Shown: positions 35,104-44,372 of the stretch, piece after piece | Layout of the letters: each line of letters opens with the position of its first letter | Numbering within the stretch: the stretch's first letter is position 1 | Source of the DNA: Pseudomonadota bacterium | GTDB taxonomy: Bacteria; Pseudomonadota; Gammaproteobacteria; JAKAQQ01 | Direction: 5' to 3' | Assembly: GCA_021828045.1 (NCBI GenBank) | Contig: JAKATI010000004.1 | Coordinates: 1 to 45,308, forward strand | DNA: 45,308 nucleotides | The notes under the pieces: generated by a model | What the model was told of the DNA's origin: nothing | Seen by the model: the letters and a program-made list of their open reading frames with translations, nothing else | Database searches by the model: none | Position numbers and translations under genes: made by a program

Positions 35104-35748
35104 ATGAAAAAGGCATTGACCAGATCCCTTCTGGCTACCGGATTGACCTTGGCAGCCGTGGTTTTTTCAACCGGAGTGGGCTTGGCCCAGGGTTTCCAAT
35201 ACACCTACATCGGCGGTGGCTTCGCATCCTATTCCCCGAATGGTGGTTCCAGCGGCAACGGACTGGACCTTTATGGCTCCTACAACTTCAATTCCCATTT
35301 CAACTTCCTCGCCGGCTACGAATACTTGGGTTACGGCGGTGGAGTGAGCGCCAACAACCTGGACCTGGGTGTGGGATTCCATACCCCGCTGCCAACTCGG
35401 CAACCTCTGGATTTCATCGCCGAGGCCCTTTTCCTCCATGACGAGTTTGACGTGTCGGTCTGCGGACCCTTCGGTTGTGCCAGCGGTTCCAACAGCTCAA
35501 GCGGATTCGAGATTGCAGGCGGCGTACGCTGGCATCCCCCGGTCCGGCGGCTCGAAATCGACGGTCTGCTCGGCATCAATACTTTCGGCAGCTGCACCGA
35601 CTGTCCTTTCACTTCAGCGGCCACGGTCACCGGTGAGGCACAGTACTATTTCCTGAAGCACCTGAGCGGGGATGCCGCCATCACGGTCGGCACCAATAAC
35701 TACGGAAACCAGTTCACCCTCGGCGTCACCTACTACTTTTTCCAGTAG
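35104..35748 (+). CDS. Small outer-membrane beta-barrel protein
   Basis: Signal peptide, FQYTYIGGG start, amphipathic strands, ends VTYYFFQ; GAGGA RBS. Confidence 0.8.
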   Translation: MKKALTRSLLATGLTLAAVVFSTGVGLAQGFQYTYIGGGFASYSPNGGSSGNGLDLYGSYNFNSHFNFLAGYEYLGYGGGVSANNLDLGVGFHTPLPTRQPLDFIAEALFLHDEFDVSVCGPFGCASGSNSSSGFEIAGGVRWHPPVRRLEIDGLLGINTFGSCTDCPFTSAATVTGEAQYYFLKHLSGDAAITVGTNNYGNQFTLGVTYYFFQ

Positions 35749-35770
35749 GTTCGCCCCATGAATAGCCCTC

Positions 35771-35806
35771 TTCCCGGGCCAAGGACCCTCAGCCCGGGCC
35801 CGGGAA
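35771..35806. terminator. Hairpin between convergent genes
   Basis: TTCCCGGGCC...GGCCCGGGAA 10-bp inverted repeat; no strong U tract. Confidence 0.45.
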
Positions 35807-35820
35807 ACGGGGCTTCCGGA

Positions 35821-38325
35821 CTAGAGCTCCTGGAAGGCACGCAAGGCACGCCAGTAGAGGGAGCGGGCTCGCCATAGGGCAGGGGCCATGGCAAGAAGAC
35901 CCAGCACGAGCGTGAATCCCGTGGTCACAACGGGGGCCAGGACCAAAACCTGCCAGTCGGGGTGGAAACGCAGGTGCAGGAGACTTTGGGCCTCGTAGGC
36001 GCCGAGCAACCCGGCCGCGCCGGATCCCAAGATCCCCGAGATCAGCCCGAGCAGGCCAAACTCAAGGAGGAGCCAGGTCCGAATCCGTCTCCGGCGAACG
36101 CCCAAGGTACGAAACAAGGTCAGTTCGCGGGCACGTTCCTCGCGCGTCACGGCCACGACCAGATAGGCGAGCAGCAATGCTGCGACCCCTGTGGTCGCGA
36201 GCAGGACCGAGACTGCTTCCGAGGCTTGGGTCAGGACCCGTCCCAGTTCACGGATGATTTGGTCAAGATCGATCGTAGACACTCCCGGAAAGAGCCGTGG
36301 CAGGCGGGCCAGCCAGCCTCGGGCCGCAGGGGGTGCCCGGAGCGAGGTAATTTCAGTGTGGGGAAGATCAACCACCGCATTCGGAGTCACTTCAACGAAG
36401 AAGTTGGGGGTCATCCGATCCCAACGCACGTGCCGGAAGTTTGTCACCCGGACGGTAAACTCTCGCCCCGCAATGCGGTAGGTCAGCCGCTCACCCAAGG
36501 CGCTCCCGCTCACGCGGGCAAACCCCCGAACCAGGGATGCCTCGTGCCGGTTGCTGTCATTCCTCCAGAAGTGTCCCGCCACGATCCGATCTCCCACCGG
36601 CAGGACCGGCGCGGCACTCACGCTTTGGTCATGAAGCGCCCAGAAGCGTTCGCGGGGGTTGGTGATCCGGGAGGGATCCAGCTTCTTTCCATTGAGCGCA
36701 ATCCAGCGCGCGATGTAGAGCGGCGCAAAGGGCGCCGGACGGAGATGATGGCGAGCCAGGGCTGTGGCAAGTCCCGACTGTTCACCCGGCTCGATGCCGA
36801 TGAGGAACCAGTTGGGCGTTTTTGCACTGAACATCTCCTGGTAGCCGGAAAAAAGGCTCGTACGGGCACCCAGGAGAAACGTGAGGAGGCAGACCACGAG
36901 AGTCAGGGATCCCAGCGTGAAGGAAAGGAGCACGGAGCGCCGATTGAGGCTTGCAATCACCCAGCCGAGATCGGCCGGCCCCTGGAACGCAAAACGGCGA
37001 AGACCGGAGAACATGAGAAAGGCGATGAGAGTGGTTCCCACAAGCACGGCCAGGGCACTTGCGGTATAGCGAAGACTCCCCCCCCCACCCAGGATCGTCC
37101 AGACGCCATAGGACACGATCAGGGCGAATCCTGCCCAGAGAGCCCGGCGCCAGACCGGGGTGGAGTGGGTCGGGGATACCGGACGGAAGTTCTCGAGTGG
37201 GGAGGTCTCGAGGATCCAAAGCCAGGAGGGGACCAGACTCGCAAGGGCCAGGAGTCCAGCCACCACCACGCTGCGGGCGAGTCCCGGCCAAGGCGAATGG
37301 GGTGCCAGTCCCCCGGATGGATCAAGGACGGTGGTCAGCGCGGCGATCAGCCGGTACAACCCGAAGCCAAGCCCCGCACCGAGACTGAGCCCGACTCCCA
37401 CTTGACGAAGACGACGCCGGGTCAGATACCGGAGGAGGGGTCCCCGCCTGAGTCCCCAGGCCCGGAGCAGGGCAACCTCCGGCCGTTCGAGACGGGCCTG
37501 ATCCCAAGCACTGAGCAACAGGGCGAGGAATGCCAGAAGCAGCGTTCCCGTGATCGTGAGATTGAGGAAACGCTCGGCGCGCCCGATGGCCCCTTCGGTT
37601 CGGGAACGGGTTTCCTGAGCGGTCACGATGCGGACATCCAGTGCAGGATGCCACGTCCGGGCCTTTCTTTCGAGCCGGGCCAGGAGGGGCGCAGGACCTG
37701 CAGCCAGAAGGAAATCCTCGATCCGGCTCTCGGTTCCGGTCAGCCGGGTGCGACCGAGATCGACTCCGTTCAGGATGAGCGGAGGGGCAAACAGGGACAG
37801 ACCCGAGGAGATGGCCGGCGCCAGATTGAAAAGCGCCGTGATCCGGAACGTGGCATATCCGATCGTGATCCGTGAACCCACCTTCGCCTTGAGCGCGTCC
37901 AGAAGCTCGGGGGTGACCCAGACGTGACCGGGCACCGGACCACGCCGCAGGTCGACCGCCCCCCCGGATCGTGACCGTCGCAGGGCGACCGTCCCCACGA
38001 CCGGATAATTCGATCCGACGGCATTGAGTTCGACCAGATGGCTCTCCTTTCCATGCACGACTACCGTCGGAAAACGAACCAGACGGGTCTCCTTGAGCAA
38101 GGGGCCACGCACGCTCTTGAGAAACGGGGCAGGAAAAGGTTCACTCCGTTCAAGACGGAGGGCACCGCCGAATGTCGCCTCCGTTCGCCGGATGAGCGTC
38201 TGCTGGAACCGCCCCTCGAGCAGGGTGACCGAAGACAAGGCGGCCGTGACGAGGATCATCCCCACAAGAAAGGGGATCTCTCCCGGCCGGAAGAGGCGTC
38301 CCCACCTCATCGAACAACGACACAC
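35821..38325 (-). CDS. ybbP: FtsX-like ABC transporter permease (YbbP-like)
   Basis: Two FtsX-type TM blocks; PNWFLIGI, V.WDRMTPNFFV; synteny with ybbA and tesA. Confidence 0.8.
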   Translation of the reverse strand: MCRCSMRWGRLFRPGEIPFLVGMILVTAALSSVTLLEGRFQQTLIRRTEATFGGALRLERSEPFPAPFLKSVRGPLLKETRLVRFPTVVVHGKESHLVELNAVGSNYPVVGTVALRRSRSGGAVDLRRGPVPGHVWVTPELLDALKAKVGSRITIGYATFRITALFNLAPAISSGLSLFAPPLILNGVDLGRTRLTGTESRIEDFLLAAGPAPLLARLERKARTWHPALDVRIVTAQETRSRTEGAIGRAERFLNLTITGTLLLAFLALLLSAWDQARLERPEVALLRAWGLRRGPLLRYLTRRRLRQVGVGLSLGAGLGFGLYRLIAALTTVLDPSGGLAPHSPWPGLARSVVVAGLLALASLVPSWLWILETSPLENFRPVSPTHSTPVWRRALWAGFALIVSYGVWTILGGGGSLRYTASALAVLVGTTLIAFLMFSGLRRFAFQGPADLGWVIASLNRRSVLLSFTLGSLTLVVCLLTFLLGARTSLFSGYQEMFSAKTPNWFLIGIEPGEQSGLATALARHHLRPAPFAPLYIARWIALNGKKLDPSRITNPRERFWALHDQSVSAAPVLPVGDRIVAGHFWRNDSNRHEASLVRGFARVSGSALGERLTYRIAGREFTVRVTNFRHVRWDRMTPNFFVEVTPNAVVDLPHTEITSLRAPPAARGWLARLPRLFPGVSTIDLDQIIRELGRVLTQASEAVSVLLATTGVAALLLAYLVVAVTREERARELTLFRTLGVRRRRIRTWLLLEFGLLGLISGILGSGAAGLLGAYEAQSLLHLRFHPDWQVLVLAPVVTTGFTLVLGLLAMAPALWRARSLYWRALRAFQEL

Positions 38326-38326
38326 A

Positions 38327-39019
38327 TCAGGCAGCGGCCCGGAGGCTTCCCGCTTCGAGCACGGTACAGCTCTTGCAGCGCTCTACCAGCCGGTGGTCGT
38401 GAGTCGCCAACACGAGCGTCGACCCCTGTTCGGCGTTCAGGGCAAAGAGGAGCTCCGTGATCCGTTCGGCGTTTCCGGCATCCAGGTTGCCCGTAGGCTC
38501 GTCAGCGAAGAGAACCCGGGGACTGCCGGCGAATGCTCGTGCCAAGGCGACGCGCTGCTGCTCTCCACCGGAGAGTGCGGAGGGTCGATGATGGAGCCGG
38601 TGCTCGAGACCGACCGCCGTGAGCGCCGACCGAGCCCGGTCTACCGCGTCCGGCAGCCGGCGCAGCCGCAGCGGAAAAACGACGTTTTCAAGTGCCGTGA
38701 GGCTCGCCAGAAGATGGAAGGTCTGGAACACGAAGCCAACCGACTGGAGACGCAGATCAGCCCGTCCGTCATCCGTGAGGGTTGCGAGATCATGGCCCAG
38801 CAACCGGATGGAGCCAGCCTGTGGCAACTCCAGCCCAGCAAGCAAGGCCAGAAGCGTGGTCTTCCCTGCTCCTGAGACACCGAGCAACCCCCAGGAGGAA
38901 CCACTCTCGATTGAAAGGTCAATCTCCCGTAAAATCTCGATGGGAGCCCCGGAAGTCGGGTATCCGTAACTCACTTTCTGAACTTCGATGGCAAGGGGAC
39001 AGGCTGGCATGGGTGTCAT
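38327..39019 (-). CDS. ybbA: ABC transporter ATP-binding protein (YbbA-like)
   Basis: GVSGAGKT, LSGGEQQRVA, FADEPTGNLD; start uncertain. Confidence 0.88.
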   Translation of the reverse strand: MTPMPACPLAIEVQKVSYGYPTSGAPIEILREIDLSIESGSSWGLLGVSGAGKTTLLALLAGLELPQAGSIRLLGHDLATLTDDGRADLRLQSVGFVFQTFHLLASLTALENVVFPLRLRRLPDAVDRARSALTAVGLEHRLHHRPSALSGGEQQRVALARAFAGSPRVLFADEPTGNLDAGNAERITELLFALNAEQGSTLVLATHDHRLVERCKSCTVLEAGSLRAAA

Positions 39020-39671
39020 AGGTAAGCGTCTCAAGGTCATGCTGATCATGGCTGGAGTCATGGTCACACTCGCGGCCGGCACCCATGCCGCCCAGCGCGT
39101 CCACCATCCCCGGATCCTGATTTTAGGCGATAGCCTGAGCGCTGGCTACGGCGTGGCTCTCGGGCACTCCTGGGTCGACCTCCTGCGCCGGACGCTCGCC
39201 CGCAAGGGATGGTTCTGCCCGATCCGGAACGCGAGTATCAGCGGCGAGACCACAAGTGGGGGCCGCGCACGGCTGCCAGGGCTCCTCAAGCGCTTGAAGC
39301 CCCGGATCCTGATCCTCGAACTCGGGGCCAATGACGGCCTGCGCGGCTCCTCCCTCACGGTTCTGCGGGCAAACCTCGAAGCCATGATCCATGCAGCCCT
39401 GGGTCGGGGGGTTCGTGTGCTTCTGGTCGGCATCCTGCTCCCCCCAAACTATGGCCCCTACTATACCCACCGTTTCGATGCGCTCTACCCGGCACTGGCC
39501 CGGCAAGACCATCTGGCCTTCGTGCCCTTTCTCCTGGCCCACGTGGCCACCCACCGCACCTTGATGCAGCCGGATGGCCTCCATCCCCGTGGACAGGCCT
39601 CACCGCTTATCCTGGCCAATGTCTGGCCCGCCCTGCGTCCGCTATTGCCCGGCGCCTGCCATCGCGGATAA
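39009..39671 (+). CDS. tesA: GDSL arylesterase / acyl-CoA thioesterase I
   Basis: GDSLSAG, NASISGETT, ELGANDG, DGLHP; start uncertain. Confidence 0.9.
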   Translation: MGVIGKRLKVMLIMAGVMVTLAAGTHAAQRVHHPRILILGDSLSAGYGVALGHSWVDLLRRTLARKGWFCPIRNASISGETTSGGRARLPGLLKRLKPRILILELGANDGLRGSSLTVLRANLEAMIHAALGRGVRVLLVGILLPPNYGPYYTHRFDALYPALARQDHLAFVPFLLAHVATHRTLMQPDGLHPRGQASPLILANVWPALRPLLPGACHRG

Positions 39672-39711
39672 GCTTCAAGGGGCCTACTCTCCAAAACAAA
39701 CTGGACACGAC

Positions 39712-41418
39712 ATGGAAAAAATCTGGCTCCCCCACTACCCCCCGAACGTCCCGGCCACGATCGATTTGTCTTCCCACATGACTCTCAAGTCACTGGCGGA
39801 AGAGGCATTCGTGCGTTACCCGAATCTCCCGGCATTCTCCAATCTGGGACAGACCTTGAGTTTCGAGGCGGTCGACGAGGCCAGCCGTAATCTTGGTGCC
39901 TTTCTCAAGTCCCGGCTGCACCTCAAGAAGGGGGACCGGGTCGCTATCGTGCTACCGAACGTCCTCGCCTATCCTGTTGCGCTCTATGCCCTGTTCCGGA
40001 CGGGCCTCGTCGCCGTCAATTGCAATCCGCTCTACACCAGCCGGGAACTTTCCGAACAGCTCAAGGACTCCGGCGCGCGTGTGGCCATTGTGCTGGAAAA
40101 CTTCGCCCACACACTGGAGGAGGCTCTGCCCGGTACCCGGGTGCATACCGTTCTCGTCTCCCGGCTGGGCGATTTCCTGCCTCTTCACCGGCGCGTGCTC
40201 ACCCACCTGGTCGTAAAGTACGTCAAGCATCTCGTTCCCCGCTATCACCTTCGGAACGCCATAGCACTCAGCCGGGGCCTGGAGGAGGGCAGCCGGACTA
40301 GTGCCGGAGACGAAACCGTCGAGGAGACCGATCCGGCCTTTTTGCAATACACGGGAGGCACAACCGGTCTTCCCAAGGCCGCCGTGCTCACCCACCAGAA
40401 CCTGATTGCAAACGTCTTGCAGTGCAGTGCCATGCTGGGCGCCGACCTCCAGCGCGGCACCGAGGTCGTAATCACCGCACTGCCTCTCTATCACATCTTT
40501 GCACTCACGGCCAACTTTCTCCTCTTCACCTACCTCGGGGGACACAATGTTCTCATCACGAATCCCCGTGATTTGCCCGGTTTCATAAAGACCCTCGGCC
40601 GATACCGGTTTACGGTTCTGACCGGTGTCAACACCCTTTTCAACGGTCTGCTCCGCACCCCGGGTTTCGAATCGGTCGATTTCTCGAGGCTGCGCTTTAC
40701 CCTGGGTGGGGGTGCCGCCATCCAGCGCGCGGTGGCCCAGCGCTGGAAACAGCGGACGGGACACCCGATCATTGAGGGTTATGGCTTGACCGAGGCCTCA
40801 CCCGTGGTCTGCGTCAACCGGCTCGACATCGAGGAATATACCGGGGCGGTCGGCTACCCCATGCCATCGACCGAAGTCTCCATCCGGGATGATTCGGGTG
40901 GCGAGATGGCCGTTGGGCAGGCTGGAGAACTCTGCGTCAAGGGACCCCAAGTCATGCGCGAGTACTGGAACCGGCCTGCGGAGACCGCCGCTGTGTTCAC
41001 CTCCGACGGCTGGCTCAAAACGGGGGACATTGCCCGGATCACCCCGGAGGGGCTGGTCTTTATCGTCGACCGCAAGAAGGACCTCATCCTGGTCTCCGGG
41101 TTCAACGTCTATCCGAACGAGCTCGAGGACGAACTCGCCCACCTGGAGGGCGTGCGGGAAGTGGCCGCAGTGGGGGTTCCGGACGAACAGTCAGGCGAAA
41201 CGGTCGCTCTTTATATTGTGCCCGACAGCCCGCATCTGACCCGAGAAACCGTGATGCAGTTCTGCCACGACCACTTCACAGGATACAAGCGCCCACGCGA
41301 CCTGGACCACATCCGTTTTGCGAAGGAACTGCCCAAGTCGAATATCGGCAAGATCCTGAGGCGCTCCCTGCGTGAACAGTTCCAGGCCCAGGTCACAGGG
41401 AAAGACGCGTTGGACTAG
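39712..41418 (+). CDS. fadD: Long-chain fatty acid-CoA ligase
   Basis: MEKIWLPHYP, QYTGGTTG.PK, EGYGLTE, TGD, DRKKDLILVSGFNVYPNE. Confidence 0.93.
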   Translation: MEKIWLPHYPPNVPATIDLSSHMTLKSLAEEAFVRYPNLPAFSNLGQTLSFEAVDEASRNLGAFLKSRLHLKKGDRVAIVLPNVLAYPVALYALFRTGLVAVNCNPLYTSRELSEQLKDSGARVAIVLENFAHTLEEALPGTRVHTVLVSRLGDFLPLHRRVLTHLVVKYVKHLVPRYHLRNAIALSRGLEEGSRTSAGDETVEETDPAFLQYTGGTTGLPKAAVLTHQNLIANVLQCSAMLGADLQRGTEVVITALPLYHIFALTANFLLFTYLGGHNVLITNPRDLPGFIKTLGRYRFTVLTGVNTLFNGLLRTPGFESVDFSRLRFTLGGGAAIQRAVAQRWKQRTGHPIIEGYGLTEASPVVCVNRLDIEEYTGAVGYPMPSTEVSIRDDSGGEMAVGQAGELCVKGPQVMREYWNRPAETAAVFTSDGWLKTGDIARITPEGLVFIVDRKKDLILVSGFNVYPNELEDELAHLEGVREVAAVGVPDEQSGETVALYIVPDSPHLTRETVMQFCHDHFTGYKRPRDLDHIRFAKELPKSNIGKILRRSLREQFQAQVTGKDALD

Positions 41419-41798
41419 AGCCCGCCGAGCAGGCTTCCCACCAGGTCTTCAGCGGCGGCAAAACCGACACCCATGCCGAGCCCGGAGGTCATGCTGGACA
41501 GGAAGCCGCCCCCACTGCCCCAGCCGCGCTGCTGGAGCTGGGTCGTGGGATGGGTCTGGAGTTCTCCTTCCAGCGTCTGGATGTACTGGCCCATCTGGCC
41601 CAGCAGTGCCAGGCTCTGTTGGTTCAGCTGCTGGATCGACAGGGTCAGGTCGCGCAAATCCATCCCCCAGTCGCGAGCGGTGTTGGCATCGGGCGCGGCA
41701 GTTGCGAGTTTCTGGGAAAACGCCTGGATTTTCCCGAGCGTGTCCTGGGCCAGCTTCTGGCTGTCCTGAATCTGTTTCTGGGCGGTCTGGTAATCCAT
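41415..41798 (-). CDS. Hypothetical Gln-rich coiled-coil protein with Gly-rich C-terminal helix
   Basis: MDYQTAQKQ start preceded by GAGGAGG; 127 aa. Confidence 0.75.
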   Translation of the reverse strand: MDYQTAQKQIQDSQKLAQDTLGKIQAFSQKLATAAPDANTARDWGMDLRDLTLSIQQLNQQSLALLGQMGQYIQTLEGELQTHPTTQLQQRGWGSGGGFLSSMTSGLGMGVGFAAAEDLVGSLLGGL

Positions 41799-41967
41799 GG
41801 GAACCTCCTCAAACCAAGGGTGAATGGAACGGAAACGCCCCGTCCAGGGCCGGTCGGCCGACAGGCGTGGAGTAGGGGACATCAGTCTGCGCATTATAAT
41901 ACGGGCGATCCGGACAGACGAGCCCAACCCGGGCCAACCCGATAGACCGGACGTGGAGGATCAGGCA

Positions 41968-43254
41968 ATGAACGACAAAACACCCACTCGGCGTGCTGCC
42001 ATTTTCGGTGCCGTTCGGATTCCTTTTGCCCGGGCCTATACCGTCTATGCCGACCTCGGCAACCTAGATCTCCTGTCCGCAACCGTGAAGTCCCTGGTGG
42101 ACCGTTACCAGCTGAACGGGGTTCGTCTGGGCGATTGCACGGCGGGAGCAACCTTGACCGATCCACGTGAATGGAACCTGATGCGGGAGGCGGTTCTGTC
42201 CAGTGGTCTTGCCCCCGAAACCCCGGCCTTCGACCTGGCCCGGGCGTGTGGAACAAGTGCTGAAGCCACCATTGCGATCGCGAACAAGATCGCTCTGGGC
42301 CAGATCGAGAGCGGGATTGCCGCCGGAGTGGACAGCATCAGCGCAACCCCGCTTCTCTGGTCCCATGCGATCAGCCGACGCTTCATGAGGATGAGTCGGG
42401 CCCGCACACTGGGCCAGCGGCTCTCCGCCTGGAAAGGCTTTCGTTTTCGCGAGCTCAAACCGGTCCCCCCCCGCATTACGGAACGTCAGACCGGACTCAA
42501 CATGGGCGAGTCCTGCGAACTCATGGCCAAGCACTGGAAAATCAGTCGGCTCGACCAAGACACCCTGGCGCTCGTGAGCCACGAGAAGGCAACGGCGGCC
42601 TGGAACGAGGGGTTCTACCAAGACCTGGTGGTTTCCTTTCATGGCTCGGACCGCGACAATAACGTACGCCCCGACACCTCACTCGAAAAGCTCTCGGCCT
42701 TGAAACCCGCCTATGATCGGACCGGGACCGGAACACTCACCGCGGGCAACAGTACCCCGCTTACCGATGGTGCCGCAGCGGTTCTCCTGGGTTCGGACGA
42801 TTGGGGGCATGCCCGTGGTCTCTCGCCGTGGGCCCATGTAGTTGATGCCGAAGTCTCGGCGGTCGACTTCTTCCGCAAAGGCGAGGGACTGCTCATGGCA
42901 CCGGTTTATGCGGTTCCCCGGCTTCTTGCACGGCAGGGACTTCGACTGGGCGACTTCGACTTCTATGAAATTCATGAAGCGTTTGCTGCGCAGACTCTCT
43001 GTGCCTTGCGGGCATGGGAGTCGGATTCCTTCTGCCGAGACAATTTGGGCTTGCCCGCTGCACTGGGATCCATCGACCTTGCCAAGCTTAACGTCAAGGG
43101 CGGTAGCGTCGCCCTGGGACATCCCTTCGGGGCAACCGGTGCCCGGATCGTGGGGACCTTGGCCAAACTCCTGGCCAACCGGGGACGAGGCCGTGGACTC
43201 ATCTCCATCTGTACCGGCGGTGGCATGGGAGTCACGCTCATCCTTGAGCGCTAG
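41968..43254 (+). CDS. fadI: Acetyl-CoA C-acyltransferase (FadI-like thiolase)
   Basis: RIPFAR, RACGTS, AGNSTPLTDGA, EIHEAFA, GHPFGATG, ICTGGG. Confidence 0.87.
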   Translation: MNDKTPTRRAAIFGAVRIPFARAYTVYADLGNLDLLSATVKSLVDRYQLNGVRLGDCTAGATLTDPREWNLMREAVLSSGLAPETPAFDLARACGTSAEATIAIANKIALGQIESGIAAGVDSISATPLLWSHAISRRFMRMSRARTLGQRLSAWKGFRFRELKPVPPRITERQTGLNMGESCELMAKHWKISRLDQDTLALVSHEKATAAWNEGFYQDLVVSFHGSDRDNNVRPDTSLEKLSALKPAYDRTGTGTLTAGNSTPLTDGAAAVLLGSDDWGHARGLSPWAHVVDAEVSAVDFFRKGEGLLMAPVYAVPRLLARQGLRLGDFDFYEIHEAFAAQTLCALRAWESDSFCRDNLGLPAALGSIDLAKLNVKGGSVALGHPFGATGARIVGTLAKLLANRGRGRGLISICTGGGMGVTLILER

Positions 43255-44270
43255 TGGGAATTTCCCAGACAATCGACGGTACCGGAGTCCTCCTCCTCAA
43301 CTTGGGGACTCCGGATGCTCCAACGGCATCCGCGGTCCGACGGTATCTTCGGGAGTTTTTGACCGACCCGCGGGTCATTGATCTGCCGCGCATTCCCTGG
43401 CGGATCCTCCTTGAGGGCGTGATCCTCCCCCTCCGTTCACCCCGTTCAGCCCGACGTTATCAGACCATCTGGACAGAGAGAGGATCTCCCCTGCTCGTCC
43501 ATTCGGAGGATCTCCGCGAGGAGCTTGCACTCCGACTGGCGGCAAATGGCCGGGATCTGCCGGTGCCGGTTGCGCTCGGCATGCGTTACGGCACGCCCTC
43601 GATCCACCAAGCCCTGAAAACCCTGGGTGTGCTCAAACGTCTTGTCATCCTCCCGCTCTATCCGCAATATTCAGCCGCCACGACTGCAAGTGCCTTCGAC
43701 GGACTCGCTCAAGCCCTGGCTCAAACTCCCCGAGTTCCGGAAGTCCTTTTTCTCACGGAATATCACCTCGAAGCCGGCTATCTGGATGCGATCGCCCATT
43801 CCATCCAGCAAATCTGGCGGCAGGATGGGACTCCCGATTTCCTGTTGTTCTCGTTCCACGGACTGCCCCAAAAAAGCGTGGCTCAAGGGGATCCCTACTT
43901 CCATCAGTGCCTTGCGACGGCAAAGGCCGTGAGTACCCGCCTGGCCCTCGAGCCCACGCGGTGGAGCGTTTCCTTCCAGTCACGCTTTGGGCCAGCACAA
44001 TGGCTTCCCCCATATACGCTTAGTCGAGTACGGGAACTGGCACGAACGGGAATCCGGAACCTAGATGTCGTCTGTCCCGGTTTTGCCTGCGACTGTCTCG
44101 AAACGCTTGAGGAGATCGCCGTTGAAAATGCCCAGGCATTCCATGAAGCCGGAGGAGGGGTTTTCCGTTACCTACCGGCACTCAACGCCAGTCCCGGGCA
44201 GGTTGAAGCCCTAGCCATCCTGATCGAACGGAAAATCGCTGGTCACCCACCAACACCGTCTCCCACATAG
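43254..44270 (+). CDS. hemH: Ferrochelatase
   Basis: LLNLGTPDAP, PLYPQYS, FSFHGLP, FQSRFGP, DCLETLEEI. Confidence 0.96.
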   Translation: MGISQTIDGTGVLLLNLGTPDAPTASAVRRYLREFLTDPRVIDLPRIPWRILLEGVILPLRSPRSARRYQTIWTERGSPLLVHSEDLREELALRLAANGRDLPVPVALGMRYGTPSIHQALKTLGVLKRLVILPLYPQYSAATTASAFDGLAQALAQTPRVPEVLFLTEYHLEAGYLDAIAHSIQQIWRQDGTPDFLLFSFHGLPQKSVAQGDPYFHQCLATAKAVSTRLALEPTRWSVSFQSRFGPAQWLPPYTLSRVRELARTGIRNLDVVCPGFACDCLETLEEIAVENAQAFHEAGGGVFRYLPALNASPGQVEALAILIERKIAGHPPTPSPT

Positions 44271-44295
44271 AATAGCGGGAGACGACTTCATCAAT

Positions 44296-44372
44296 GGGCC
44301 TATAGCTCAGCTGGTTAGAGCAGTCGACTCATAATCGATTGGTCGCAGGTTCGATTCCTGCTGGGCCCATCA
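44296..44372 (+). tRNA. tRNA with CAT anticodon, probably tRNA-Ile2 (lysidine); integration site
   Basis: GGGCCTATAGCTCAGCTGGTTAGAGCAGTCGACTCATAATCGATTGGTCGCAGGTTCGATTCCTGCTGGGCCCA-TCA; ileX-like body; lacks the initiator tRNA's three G:C anticodon pairs. Confidence 0.88.

Noticed and set aside
44296-44372. tRNA-Met or tRNA-fMet
   Set aside because: The body resembles ileX-type tRNA-Ile2 and has no initiator features; elongator Met is not fully excluded
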